This document shows positions 36,045-48,770 of a DNA stretch of 64,000 nt, piece after piece (positions within the stretch are counted from its first letter, which is position 1; each line of letters opens with the position of its first letter). The translations under genes and the position numbers were made by a program. This stretch comes from Gracilinanus agilis (lineage: Eukaryota): assembly GCF_016433145.1 (NCBI RefSeq), contig NC_058134.1, positions 103,878,914 to 103,942,913 on the forward strand. Reading direction: 5' to 3'. The notes under the pieces are model-generated. The model was not told the origin of the DNA and searched no databases. It saw only the letters and a program-made list of their open reading frames with translations.

Positions 36045-36270
36045 AGCTCATATAGTACTTTTAGGTTTATGAACTACTTTATATTACATTTTATTTTACT
36101 TTAATTACAACCCTGAGAAGTGGGTGCAATTATTATACCCATTTAAAAGATGAAGAAACAGAAGATGATAGAGGTGAAGTGACTTGCTCAGGATCCCACA
36201 GATAAATGTACAAAAGAGGATTTGAACTCAGATCTTCCAACCCCAGAATAATATCCGCTGTGCCACTTTA
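36045..36270 (-). mobile_element. MIR
   Basis: (AAT)n, ttacaaccctgagaagtgggtgcaattattataccc...ggatttgaactcagatcttc. Confidence 0.75.
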
Positions 36271-37344
36271 GCTAACAAATATGTAGTCTTCCAAGTATAG
36301 GGTGATCCTGTTGGTAAGCATCTAATGCCTTCTCCATGGGGTGTCATTAAGGAATTTTTCTTATTGGTGCTAGTGCCCAACTCTGGAATTTAGGAAGTCT
36401 AGAACTCAGAATTTCTTCCCCCAAAGTTAGGAATTTTCATTCACGGGATTACTAATCTGTGCTTGGAAAAAGAAATGGAAAGGTGGTATAAAAAAATGGC
36501 TTAGAACTGGAAATTTAGAAACTTGCCTGTGGGTCTCACCTTAGCATTTAGAAGCATTTCTCTATGTGCTACTTTTGTAAGTCACATTTTCTTTGTCATA
36601 TAATGGGAAAGGGGAAGGGAGAAATTCAGAGGGAAAAAAATCTGCTCCTATTCTGAAAATCCCAAGGATAGAAAATACACAAGGAGAATTGGAGGGAGAA
36701 GGAGGAAACTCATTTTACTAGTCTCTTTTTGGAATGCAAAGGGAATGGTTTCCCCCAAGAAGATTACATTAATATGAACTCCAATCATGGAATCATCAGG
36801 AGGTAATGCCATGTACTGAGGACATAGCAGAGATTTTCCTTTTGTTTTTTTTTCCCTGAAGGTCCTATGCTAAATGTTTATACCCATGGAAAATGGTGTA
36901 TATTTAACTCCATGAAAAGTAGCCTTTCAATTAAGGTTGATACCTTGTAGTGTCATCATATTAACTGAGGAACACCATCTGCCTCTGTGCCACACCCGCA
37001 TATTCCTCATCATTTGCTTCTGTCTCTATGTCTTATTAAAGGCAAAGATGAATAGCTGAACCTCATGTTCTTTCCCAGGAGATTTTTACCTTTTTTCTTG
37101 GGTTGCAATAAATCAATTAATAATTCCATAAATTAATTAACAATTCAGCCTCAGAGAACTATACTTTTGAATTATGTCAATGGAAAAATGAATACAGTTA
37201 GTTAGAAGTCCTTATGTTGAGAATATATCTCCTCAAAGTCCCAGTCTCTGGAACAGAATCTTCTCTCTACCCTCCACCAAATAGCAGAAAGAATCCCTTG
37301 TGCTCTCTTCCCATGAAATTAGCAAAAGCAGGAGGGGAAGTTCC

Positions 37345-37540
37345 CATTTATTCAATCAGTCAACCACCAAATATTTATTAAGTGAAATTATATGCCTAAT
37401 ACTATAATCAGCACTAAGTACTTAAAAATATTAAATAGTCCCTTGCTATTAAGGAGTCTATATTCTATCATAGAAGTTATGTTAATATGTAAGGACATAT
37501 AAAAGAGATACTATTAATTTATATATTCTGTATATAAAAA
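37345..37540 (-). mobile_element. L2 3' fragment
   Basis: caatcagtcaaccaccaaatatttattaag...gtcccttgctattaaggagtctatattcta. Confidence 0.65.
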
Positions 37541-37544
37541 CAGA

Positions 37545-37720
37545 AGAAATATTGCATATGCTATAAATCAGGGCTTGATTTATTGTTATTGATTATCTAA
37601 ACTTAAAACAGTTTTAATAATGCATATTAAAATTAAAAATATATCATGTGTATGAGTTTTTTGTTTTGTTTAGTTTTGTAGACAGATGATTGTTAAACAT
37701 TTATCTTCATATCCCTGGGC
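37545..37720 (+). mobile_element. MER63-like hAT fragment
   Basis: atgctataaatcagggcttgatttattgtt...gttaaacattta. Confidence 0.65.
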
Positions 37721-38453
37721 AATAGCGAACTCTACCCATGAAAGTATAAGGGGTTAGTGACTTCAGTGGTAAAGGTTCTTGTAGGATGGCTTTGATGGAT
37801 GCCGAAGTGATCCGGGGATGATGAGGTTCAGTAATAGCATGATTGATTGATTCTAGTAGCAGGTGCATGGGAGGAGGTTAGAATTAAGGGTGAGAATTAT
37901 GCCTCTGTTGGGAGAGAAAGAAGTAAGGAGTGTGTAGAGAAAGGGAGAAAAATGCTCAGCAGCTGAAGGAACATTAAAAGAAGAGAAATTCTTTTTGAGT
38001 CATCCAAGATGACACCACTACCACCACTACCACCACAACTGCCAAATTCTTATTTCATAGATTCATGTGTTGGATTACTTTTATTAACACATACTATTTC
38101 CCAAATAGAAATACAACCTAAGGGAAATTTCAAGAAATGATGATTAGTCAGATTGGAAATTCAATACAACCAATGTTCCAAGTGAATATTAAGAAGCAGA
38201 CAGCTTAATGAGATAGAATAGAAAGGTTCTCCTCATTCCATATGGTCATAAAATCACTAGGGTGCATTTTCCTCTCTCTGAAGACTTAAAGAAATAAATT
38301 GACAAATTCATATAATTATATTCAGAGCTGTAAGTAGCAATTCTGAAACCTGGGAGAGTAACATAACCTACATCTACGGCAAACAGCATGAAAGGCATGG
38401 TCAAATCACATTTTTGCAATAATTTCAGTTGGAGGATTGAAAAGCCAATGAGA

Positions 38454-38495
38454 TAGAGAAAGACAGACAGACAGATATACAGAGAGAGAAAGACA
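38454..38495. repeat. (GA)/(GACA) microsatellite abutting a gap
   Basis: gagatagagaaagacagacagacaga... Confidence 0.85.
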
Positions 38496-38640
38496 NNNNN
38501 NNNNNNNNNNNNNNNNNNNNNNNNNNNNNNNNNNNNNNNNNNNNNNNNNNNNNNNNNNNNNNNNNNNNNNNNNNNNNNNNNNNNNNNNNNNNNNNNNNNN
38601 NNNNNNNNNNNNNNNNNNNNNNNNNNNNNNNNNNNNNNNN
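38496..38640. other. Assembly gap (145 N)
   Basis: Run of N. Confidence 1.
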
Positions 38641-39366
38641 GGCATGCTGGAAGACAGAAATACCAAGTAACTAAGTAGTATAGGGAGAAGGGGATGCTGC
38701 CCCATATGATAGTGATAAAGTAGGGTCAGGCCAGCAAAGAGTTCACCTGAAGTGTGGTAGTTAGTAACTCAGTTAATAAACATTTATTAAGCACCTACTA
38801 TGTGCTAGGGGACAGAAGTACTATTGATAACTTCCAATTTTAGCAAATTATTCTTAATAACTATGTATTATTAGACAGTTGGCTCTACCTAGTAAGAACC
38901 TACAAGTGTTACAGTGCCCTTTCAGTTTTGGCACCTGAGCCAAATCCCTAATTGCCCTTCCATAGTTATTACTCTAATTAAGTTCATCACCTTGATAAAT
39001 CTTCCACTTGAACTCATATTATTTCAAGTGTTTACCATTCTTATCATTGCTAATATTTACCAATTCTCAATTCTTAATAATTCCTTGGTCTTTATTGAAT
39101 ATTTTAATACTAATAACTATCTAAATTCAGTGGAAGTTTTAATATATATTACATTTTTACTTCTAATCACAGATGACTGTATTTTAATGGCAAAAAAGTA
39201 GCTTTATATCTAGTTTAATTAATTTCAGGAATGAATAACATTGGAGAGTAAAAGAAAAGTTCATAATGCTGCTCTTTTCATTGAGATACTTTACCAAACA
39301 GTTATCAAGGATTTTTAAGGGCCACACATGGTGTTAACTGATGAAAATGAAAATACAAGCTCAAAA

Positions 39367-39409
<43 letters not shown>

Positions 39410-39436
39410 GTATCTATTTCTATATATATACATATA
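39367..39436. repeat. (TATC)n tetranucleotide repeat grading into (TA)n
   Basis: About 10 perfect TATC units. Confidence 0.95.
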
Positions 39437-39529
39437 TTATTTCAACTAAAAGTATTTTATTTCATTTTTTTGAAATTTTATTTTTGAAATTTGAATTTTG
39501 AAATTTGAAATTTTGAAAATTTATTTCAA

Positions 39530-40050
39530 ATTCACAAATATTAAGCTCCTACTATGCATAAGACACTGGAGGTACAAAGGGAAAAATTACAATTCTTAAT
39601 AATTAAGGACCTATTATTTACTGAAAGGTCACAAATAAGCAAATACAAAGTAATTTGAGAAGGGATGTAAAACTAACACTTGAATCAGGAAAGACTTCAC
39701 AAAGCAGTAGCAATCCTGAACTCAAAATGGAAAGAAGCTAAGAATTCCAAGAACTGGAGTTAAGGGAAGAATATGGTTGGCATGGGAATGTAGCCTGTGC
39801 CAAGGCAAAGACACTGAAGGTGGTATTCCAAGTACTAGTAAATTAAATTGGAAAGAACTTACTAGTTAGCAACTAGTGAGTTAAATTTAAAAAAAAAACA
39901 TAGTAAATAAGTTCAAGAGGTAAGTAGGGAGATGCATATTTTTGAGGACTTTGTAAATGACAGGCTAAGGAGGCTATATTTCATTTCAGAAGCATTAGGG
40001 AGCTGTAGGGGGAAAAATTGAGAAAAGGAATGGCATGGGTCAGGCAGTGG
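39530..40050 (-). mobile_element. L2 fragment
   Basis: caaatattaagctcctactatgcataagacactggaggtacaaag...gaatcaggaaagacttc. Confidence 0.65.
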
Positions 40051-40099
40051 CCTAGTTAAAGAGAAGATTATTTTTAAATATTTGTAGAGCTATCATGGG

Positions 40100-40375
40100 A
40101 AAAAAAGGAAGTAAACTTGTTTTGTTGGGCCCCAGGGGCAGAATTAAGAGCAACACAGTAGTTGTAGAGGCAAACTGTAGGTTGAGTCAAAGAAAAATCT
40201 TCTAATACTATCCAAAAGTAGAACAGATCGACTTGAAAGATAGTGAGTTCTCCCTTTTTAAGGATTTTAAGCAGAGGTTGGATGGCTACTTTGTTCTGTA
40301 TTTTGTAAAGAGGATGACTCAGCTATGAGTCAGACTTCATGATCTCTGAGGTTCATTTCAACTTCAATTTTCTTT
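40100..40375 (+). mobile_element. L3/CR1 3' end
   Basis: ccccaggggcagaattaagagc...gtgagttctccc...aagcagaggttggatggctact...gatctctgaggttc. Confidence 0.7.
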
Positions 40376-40859
40376 GTTTTCATGACCCAAATTATATTTC
40401 TTACCTGCCCTCTGGCACTTAACTTTTCATGATCCATACCAATGGCAGAGAGATTGTGTTATCTCCAGCAGACAACACTGGTCAATATATTTTTGATAAA
40501 GGTTGGAATTAAATTGTATTAAACCATGTTTCTAGACTAAGACTAGAATATTTTTAAAAAGTGGAAGGAGGTGGTTCACATAAAACAGTAACCAAGATTA
40601 TCAATTAATGATTTGAAAATACAATAATCACTGTTCCTTAATAAAACATGACCATTAAATATTTCAGCCAACCATAAAATGGGCTTTAAGAATTGAACTT
40701 TTGACAGATGCTAAAAGGTCAATGTCTTATTTGCTCTACCTTCATTTCAAGGGAAGTAAATAGTTTAGCATCACATAGCATATTTGACTTTGTAAAACAA
40801 AAATAGTACTATTTTTTTTCATTTTGATACCTTGCATAAATCTGACATTTCATCATTTG

Positions 40860-41625
40860 AAGGGCTTCTTCTTCCAATATATTGTCACAGACTATCTTTC
40901 CTGTGGCTCAAATTATCTCCCATGCCTAGAACACACACCCTTCTTATTCCTTACCTCTGCCACTTCAAATTTTTATCTTCATTCAAAGCTCACTTCATAC
41001 GTCTCTTCCTTCATGAAGCCTTCCCTGATCCCTTATTTAAACTACTTAATAATGATTAATTGAAATAAGTAATAATTTTTATCCACAATTTCCCATAAAT
41101 CTTCTCTAGGAGATCCACCAAATGTAAAGAGTTTGGAACTCCTTCTTGTTGAATATGACCTTCCTTTGGTTCCAGTAATATCTTAATACTTAATAGTACC
41201 ACTGAGGCAATCAGCAACATTTGAACAAGTTGAATGCCTTTTGTTCAGTATCCATATTCCAATAATGACAACAACAAAAATGTCACATTTTATAGTACCT
41301 TAAATTTATAAAATACTCCTTTCTCCATTTTATAGAACATAAAATAAGTAGAGGTTCAGAAAATTAAGTAACCTTCCTTAAGTTATATAGCTAGTAGTGT
41401 CAGAAAAAAAGGATTTGTACTCAATTTACCAGATACTTCATATTCAGACCTCTTTTCCCTTAACATGCTGCCTTTACATTGGTAACAGACTGTAAGCTCC
41501 CTGAAGAGAACATGTGCTCCTTGAGTACACAGATTTTGTTCTTTATATCTTCAGCACCTACTATGAAATCTGGAATATATTACCTATTTAAATGGGGTTT
41601 TGTTGAATGCTGAATAAATGAATGA
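40860..41625. mobile_element. L2 fragments (+) flanking a MIR (-, about 41270-41470)
   Basis: catgaagccttccctgatccc; gactgtaagctccctgaagag...tgaataaatgaatga; antisense CORE between them. Confidence 0.6.
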
Positions 41626-41859
41626 CATTTTTTCTACTTTTTTTGGTTCTAATTGATAGTATGTTATAACCTTCATATACCCAACAATAGTCATTCCAAT
41701 GACTTTGGGTTGTTATTTATATATTTTTTTAAGATTCCATGATTTGTTGTCATATATACATACTGTATAGAAATGTAGCAAATAACCAACATATATTATT
41801 GTAGACATAGTAAATTGTTTAATCAGTGGAAATAGTGCATGATTTCTCATCCCCTAAGT

Positions 41860-42305
41860 GAAATCCAGGAGCATCTGAGCCTGGAGTCAGGAACATTCAT
41901 CTTCCTGAGTTCATTCTGCCCTCAGACACTTAATAACTGTTTGATGTTAGGCAAGCCTTATAATCCTGTTTTTTTTTTTTTAATTTTTTTTAAACCCTCA
42001 ACTTCTGTGTATTGGTTCCTTGGTGGAAGAGTGGTAAGGGTGGGCAATAGGGGTCAAGTGACTTGCCCAGGGTCACACAGCTGGGAAGTGTCTGAGGTCA
42101 GATTTGAACCCAGGACCTCCCGTCTCTAGGCCTATCAATCCACTGAGCTACTCAGCTGCCCCTATAATCCTGTTTTCCTCAATTTCTTCATCTGTAAAAT
42201 AACTGGAAAAAGATATGGCAAACTATTCCAGTATTCTTGCCATGAAAAAAGCCAAATGGAATCATGAAAAAAATGGACACAACTGAAAAAAATGGCTGAA
42301 CCAAA
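41860..42305 (+). mobile_element. MAR1 SINE split by a nested SINE1
   Basis: MAR1 head and CORE to 41972, resuming at 42163 with gatatggcaaactattccagtattcttgcc...ggacacaactgaa. Confidence 0.85.
41973..42162 (-). mobile_element. SINE1_Mdo nested in MAR1
   Basis: Near-consensus antisense copy; 14-bp TSD tataatcctgtttt (41959-41972, 42163-42176). Confidence 0.95.
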
Positions 42306-42389
42306 AAAAAATGAAATTTAGCCTTTTCTTTTCTTTCTAGTCAATTCTGACTAGGCTCATTATCCATTTGGAGAGAAGAGGAGAAGAAA

Positions 42390-43060
42390 GGAGTAATGAG
42401 ATTAACTTGATGGAGTATCCATCTAGCTCCATATCATTGCTTTGCCAATTTATGTTTTCAATTCATTCATTTTTCTCAATATGTATAATTATATTAACCT
42501 ATGTTTTACCTTGTGTTTCTCTAAGAATACTTGTAGTATTCTGGGAAACAATATAGTTGGTATAATGTCATCAGTGAAGAGGAATCTATGAAGTGCCTCA
42601 TCATCAATAGAATGTCTTTATTTTCCTCTCTGTATGACACATCTTCCATGATGCTAGAAAACTCACTAAGTAATTTATAAATATAGAATGATCTTAACTT
42701 GATTTCAACAGAAGAAATAGAAGAAAGTCAAAAGTGAGCTCATCAACATTCTAATACTGTGGTTGTCCATAATGATGTGGCCATTGCTCCTGATGGTGTG
42801 GATACAGATTGTAACCTATCCATACCTGCCTATCCTGAGGCATTCTTGGATGTGAAGCTATCCATTTCCTCCCATCAAACCACCATAGGGATCCCTCCAA
42901 CATTCTGGGGACTTTCCTCTTATTCTTTTGTCACTGCATGGATATAACTGGACCACTTGAGCTGTCCATCATTATTTCCAACTATTGTTATGTGAACAAT
43001 CCTTCATCTTTTTCTGGTCATGCATTCTCCTGGTTGATAACATTCTCTCCTCTGCTTTCT
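42390..43060 (-). mobile_element. RTE LINE fragments (RT core and C-terminus)
   Basis: Antisense IDDEALHRFLFTDDI and DMELDGYSIKL resemble RTE IDGEVLQMLLFADDI and DMQLDGQPIEL; 42750-43060 resembles the RTE C-terminal RWTARV...WMGCDL region. Confidence 0.75.
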
Positions 43061-43149
43061 TATGTATGATATACTATTAACTTCTAATTCATGTAATTTA
43101 TTTTTCCATTGTCCTTTTATTGAGCCTCAGCTTTAATTTTTTTAAAAAA

Positions 43150-44520
43150 TAATACTACTCCATGATCTACCACCATTGGAAATAAACATACAACCCAACA
43201 CAGGACAAGTCAATTACCTAAAAAAAAAAAGACTACTGATCCACATGGTTTTATAAATGAATTATATCAACATTTTAAAGAAAATTCATCTCTATCCTCT
43301 ATAAATTTTCCTTTTAGGGAAGAAAGATTTAACTCTTATTTTGATAAAAATGTGATCCCAACACCAAAATTAAAGCAGGATAAAGCAAAGGGAAAAACAA
43401 TGTTACAAATGAATATTTGAGCAAATATTTTAAATAAAAATTAACAAAGTGAATGGAATATTTTCCTTTAAAAATCATTAGGACAAATTTGCTTTTATCC
43501 CAGAGATTCAAGAGAAGATTGACATTAGAAAAATAATTAGCATAATTAGTCATGTAAATAATAAAAATCACATGATTATATCAAGTTATTTATAGAATTT
43601 CTTTGGCAAAACACAGCACTAACAGATTAAAAATATTAAAAGTCTTAGCTGAAATGATTTACCTTATTATAAGAAAAAGCATTTATCTAAACCCAAAAGT
43701 TGTTTTTTTTAATAATACAAAACCTAGAAGCATTAGGTTCACAAAACACTTAATAAAGATCACTTTTCAGCATGCCATTATTTAAACCTACTACAGTTAT
43801 GATTGCTTCAGAAAAATGATGAAAAATAAATTAAGGGAATACATATGACATCAAAGACACAATATTCCAATTTGCAAAATTCTAATGAACCAACAAATAA
43901 ATGATTTGAAACAGAAGTGAAGGCAAAGGTCACAAAATAAATTATGAGCCTTTTTGTACTCTTTCTTACTAATGCAAATTGTAGAAATTGTATACAAATT
44001 GTATACAAAGGAATATCCTATTGAAAATAATTACAAAAAGTGTAAACAATCTGAAAATTAAACTACCAAAATATACACAGAAATTATGAGCCTTTTTGTA
44101 CTCTTTCTTACTAATGCAAATTGTAGAAAAGTATACAAAGGAATATCCTATTGAAAATAATTACAAAAAGTGTAAACAATCTGAAAATTAAACTACCAAA
44201 ATATACACAGAACTAAAATGAATATAACTACAAAACACTCTATTAAAATAAGGAATGGCAAACAATAGTCATTTAATTTCATATAACCTCATTTAAGCAC
44301 TACTAAGCATCATCACTATTCTGATCAAAATCTCCAAGAATTATTTTTTTAGAACTTGACATGGGAAAATGGTTATGTACTGATATAGATTAAAGAATAA
44401 ATGACATACATAATAAAGGTAATCAATTAAATTAAAATTTATCAAAAGAAAATTTCTAAAAAATAAGTAAAAAAATAAACAGTAAAAGGCAATGGAATTT
44501 GTGCTCAATATGATAAGAGA
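43150..44520 (+). mobile_element. Decayed L1 ORF2 RT region
   Basis: gatccacatggttttataaatgaattatatcaacattttaaagaa resembles GPDGFTNEFYQTFKE; further ORF2 motifs downstream. Confidence 0.8.
43939..44210 (+). repeat. Tandem duplication (142 bp + 130 bp)
   Basis: Both units start aaattatgagcctttttgtactc and end aaatatacacag; unit 1 has an extra attgtatacaa-type repeat. Confidence 0.97.
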
Positions 44521-44630
44521 GGGGCATCTAGGTGACTCAGTGGATAGAGGGCCATGCTTGGGGTTGGAAGGAATTATTAGTATAGATTCTAAGACAGAGT
44601 TTTAAGTGTGTGTGTGTGTGTGTGTGTGTG
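44520..44630 (+). mobile_element. Internally deleted SINE with (TG)n at 44606-44630
   Basis: ggggcatctaggtgactcagtggatagag head joined to agtatagattctaagacag tail. Confidence 0.65.
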
Positions 44631-44984
44631 ATGACAGGTTATTGTGGTACAGTGGATAGAGAACTGATTTCAAAAACAGGATGACTTAAATTCAAAACCT
44701 GTCCATGGTACATACTGACCATGTAACTCTAAGAAAGTCACTTGATCTCTCAGCACCCAAAGGCAAATCTAAGATTTTAAATTTCAAAGAAGGTGCTTAC
44801 TGGCTTTAGTAGAAGGTCTTTACTGTACAAATGAAATCACAAATCATTTGCTTTAACTTCAACAGAGATTACAGTAATTGATTAGGAATTTAAGGTCTTG
44901 AAAGGGTGTATTTCTAAATTTTGGGAAACATTAAGTTCATAAACAAAAACAGAAATCAGCTTAAACTAGTGTTCTAGATCAGGA

Positions 44985-45165
44985 GTTTCTCACAAATAGA
45001 AATAGATCCCTGACACATATTGATTTAGAAAACTACAAATTAACATTATCTATGTTGTATCATATTCTCATTTATTTTTGTTAAACTATTCTCATTTATA
45101 TTTATTCTGATGACTGCCATACACCTTGAATTTTACTTATAGAGTATGACCAGATTTAGTGTTTA
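44985..45165. mobile_element. MER3/MER33-like hAT-Charlie fragment
   Basis: catattgatttagaaaactacaaattaacattatctatgttgtat...tttatttttgttaaa. Confidence 0.55.
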
Positions 45166-45531
45166 GACAGTTTTTAGAACTAAATTCATACAGCTATGTA
45201 AGTCAATATCATTAGAATTCTTTCAAGGAATGACTGAGATTTATCATTTTCACTTTTCTTCTTAACCTCTTTACCCCTTTCCAGTTCTATCTGTACACAG
45301 GTACATACACATCCAGCTGATCCTCAAACCTTTTTAGCCGGCAAGGGTACATTTCTGCTTAACTGTTAGTTCAGGGACTGCTCTTGGTTCTGGTCAAATC
45401 ACATCCTCTTCAGGTCCTTGATTTTTTTAAGTAGTTTCCTGTTTCACTATGGTACTGAAAGATTTAAGCTACCTTCTCACGCATTCCTATCCACCATTTC
45501 CCTTGTTCTCTCTTGTTCCCTTGGATCCCAC

Positions 45532-45702
45532 CTTCATTATTTCCATCTGAGGTTCAACTGAACTCTGGACTTCTTCAATCCAGTCAAAATAGTTCCTTCC
45601 TTGGCCATTAGTCAGACAATAGAAAGTGTGAATAGAATATTTGAGAATCAGTTTTAGTGTGGCCCCAAATTCATAATCACTCTGTTCTATCAGCATAATC
45701 AT
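45532..45702 (-). CDS. Candidate exon, 171 nt, phase 0-0 (MIMLIEQSDYEFGATLKLILKYSIHTFYCLTNGQGRNYFDWIEEVQSSVEPQMEIMK)
   Basis: attgtag| acceptor and AAG|gtggga donor are both moderate; open frame lies in non-repeat DNA. Confidence 0.2.
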
Positions 45703-46074
45703 CTACAATTAATTGCAACAATGAGAAATTCAAGAATACATCCACAATGGGAATTAGGCCAGAGGCATATGAAGCTTGAAATCATATATACTGCATATCT
45801 CATAATGATATATTTAATGGTTTGATGGTTTTTAAAGACACCTTTATTTTCCTTCTGTATCCCATTTCTTGATGTGCCCTCTTCCCAATATGTTTATATC
45901 CTTCATTGTTCTCACCATTCCCCAAATTTTCTTTTTAACCTAGAAATTAATTTAGTAACAACTGAGAAAGAACGTCTTTGTTTCTCTCTAGACTTTGATT
46001 CACATCTTTTGACTTAATTATCACCATCATCATCATTATCATGATCAATCATCATCATAAATTAAGTCAAAATA

Positions 46075-46280
46075 CACATGATTCATAGAGTGGAAATATG
46101 AAAAGAACATTGGCTCTGGGGCCAGAGAACCAGAGTTCAAATCCACAATTTGATGCTCATTGCCTGCATTTATGACTTTGAGAGTCATCTAATCTCTATG
46201 AACCTCAGTTTCCTCATTTGTAAAATGAGAGGGTAGGAATAAAAATTCTCTAAAGTCCCTTCCAGTTCCAAATTTGTCAT
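46075..46280 (+). mobile_element. MIR/MIR3
   Basis: gaaccagagttcaaatcc...gaacctcagtttcctcatttgtaaaatgag...aaagtcccttccagttc. Confidence 0.8.
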
Positions 46281-46839
46281 CCTGTGATTAAAATCCTCTG
46301 GCCTCCACTGTAGCTGAGACAGCCAATAAAAAATGTTGAATTTTCTGGAACAAGATTGAGTAAGTTTCCTGCCCAAAAACAATTCTTTTACTCTGAGCCC
46401 AAGGTAAAAAACAGTACTAATTTAGAGCAAAATGATTTTATGATGACAAGAACCAATACGACTTTGAGAAAGATCATCTTAGGTTGGAAATTGGATTAGG
46501 TTTGTTTCAAATGAGGTTTTCCTACTACAGGCCCTCAAATTAGAAATGTGGACAATAAAATCAAAGACAGAAATTGAAAACACCAGACAGACTCTATGTG
46601 GAATAAGCAGGGAGGACTCCTAAAAGGTGGCCTCAGGAGAGAAGGAATGTAAAAAATGTTTTAAGAATAAATTCTTCTCTTCTTGCTTCTGTTTAATTCT
46701 GTTTAACATCTCAAGCTAAAGGCTTCTCCCTAAATTCTAGAGGTTATCAATTAAATAGGTATATGACTGATTCTAGTTCAAGACAAATTAAAGTCTTGGT
46801 AGTTTACTGGTGATCCAAGTCTTTCCTGGAGATAGGAAG

Positions 46840-47010
46840 TGCATGGAATCATAGTTTCAGAGCTACAAGGAGCCCTGGATTGTTCCTACTTCTATCCTTT
46901 TATTTTTCAAATAAAGAAATTGAGACCTGGAAAGCTTTAATGACATATCAAAATTCACATAGAAACTGAGTGGTGGAGCCAGAAATGAAACAAAGGCTTT
47001 CAGACTTCAC
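46840..47010 (-). mobile_element. MIR3 fragment
   Basis: ctttttattttcaaataaagaaattgagacc. Confidence 0.55.
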
Positions 47011-47113
47011 ATCTTAGCCTCTATACCTCTATTCCTAGTTAAAATCAATTTTAGGATTTCACATTATTTATGCCCATATGAAAACACTAGTCCTTCCATT
47101 CTGAGGGACTTCT

Positions 47114-48434
47114 TTTTTTTCAATTAATTTATTTATTTTTGACTGTTTAATAATATTTATTTTTTAGAAAAGTTAACATGGTTACATGATTCATGCTCCT
47201 ACCCTTCCCTTCATCCCTCCCACCTCACACCCATAGCCGATGCGCATTTCCACTGGTTTTCACATGTGTCATTGATCACTATCCACTTCCAAACTGTTGA
47301 TAGTTGCATTGGTGTAGTAGCTTCGAGTCTACATCCCCAATCATGTCCACCTCAGCCCATGCGTTCAAGCAGTTGCTTTTCTTCTGTCTTTCCACTCCTG
47401 CAGTCCTTCCTCTGAATGTGGTTATCATTCTTTTCAATAAATGCCTCAGAATTGTCCTGTGTCATTGCATTGCTGCTAGTACAGAAGTCCATTACATTCT
47501 GTTTTACCACAGTGTATTGGTCTCTGTGTACAATGTTCTTCTGGCTCTGCTCCTCTCGCTCTGCATCAGTTCCTGGAGGTCTTTCCAGTTCACCTGGAAC
47601 TCCTCCAGTTTATTATTCCTTTGAGCACAATAGTATTCCATCACCCGCATATACCACAATTTGTTTAGCCATTCCCCAATTGAAGGACATACCCTCCTTT
47701 TCCAGTTTTTTGCCACCACAGAAAGCACAGCTATAAATATTTTCATACAAGTCTGTTTATCTATGATCTCTTTGGGGTACAAACCCAACAATGCTATGGC
47801 TGGATCAAAGGGCAGGCAATCTTTTATAGCCCTTTGAGCATAGTTCCAAATTACTTTCCAGAATGGTTGGATCAGTTCACAACTCCACCAGCAATGCATT
47901 AATGTCCCAATTTTTCCACATCCCCTCCAGCATTCGTTACTTTCCCCTGCTGTCATTTTAGCCAATCTGCTAGGTGTGAGATGATATCTCAGAGTTGTTT
48001 TGATTTGCATTTCTCTAATTATTAGAGATTTAGAACACTTTCTCATGTGATTATTGATACTTTTGATTTCTTTACCTAAAAATTGCCTATTCAAGTCCCT
48101 TGCCCATTTATCAATTGGGGAATAGCTTGATTTTTTTATACAATTGATTTAACTCCTTGTATATTTGAGTAATTAGACCCCTGTCAGAGTTTTTTGTTAT
48201 AAAGATTTTTTTCCCAATTTGTTGTTTCCCTTCTGATTTTGGCAGCATTGTTTTTGTTTGTACAAAAGCTTTTTAGTTTGATATAATCAAAATCATTTAT
48301 TTTACATTTTGTAATTTTCTCTAACTCTTGCTTGGTTTTAAAATCTTTCCTTTCCCAGAGATCTGACAAGTATACTATTCTGTGTTCACTTAAGTTATTT
48401 ATAGTTTCCCTCTTTATATTCAAGTTATTCACCC
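47114..48434 (-). mobile_element. 5'-truncated young L1 (ORF2 C-terminus, 3' UTR)
   Basis: 196-aa ORF 47504-48094 (MRKCSKSLIIREMQIKTTLRYHLTP...CPSIGEWLNKLWY); 13-bp TSD ctgagggacttct (47101-47113, 48435-48447). Confidence 0.95.
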
Positions 48435-48770
48435 CTGAGGGACTTCTGAGAAAGAACGCTATCCATATCCAGAGAAAGAACTGTGGGAGTGGACACCGAG
48501 AAGAAAAACATATGATTGATCACATGGGTAAATGGGGATACGATTGGGGATGTTAACTTTGAATGATCACTTTATTGCAAATATTAATAATATGGAAATA
48601 GGTTCTGAACAATGATACATGTAAAACCAGTGGAATTGCTCATTGGCTCTGTGAGGAGGGGATAGAGGAGGAGAGGGAAAGAACATGAATCATGGAAAAA
48701 TATTGTAAGTTAGTTAATTAGATTTTTAAAAAATTAAAAAAAAAACAAACCACAGCAAAAAATACCAAAA
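48435..48770 (+). mobile_element. Older L1 3' UTR fragment that hosts the antisense L1
   Basis: ctgagggacttctgagaaagaacgctatccatatccagagaaagaactgtggg...poly-A. Confidence 0.88.

Noticed and set aside
38914-39201. 95-aa I/L/F/N-rich ORF considered as a NUMT or membrane protein
   Set aside because: No similarity to mitochondrial proteins that I can see; composition reflects extreme AT content.
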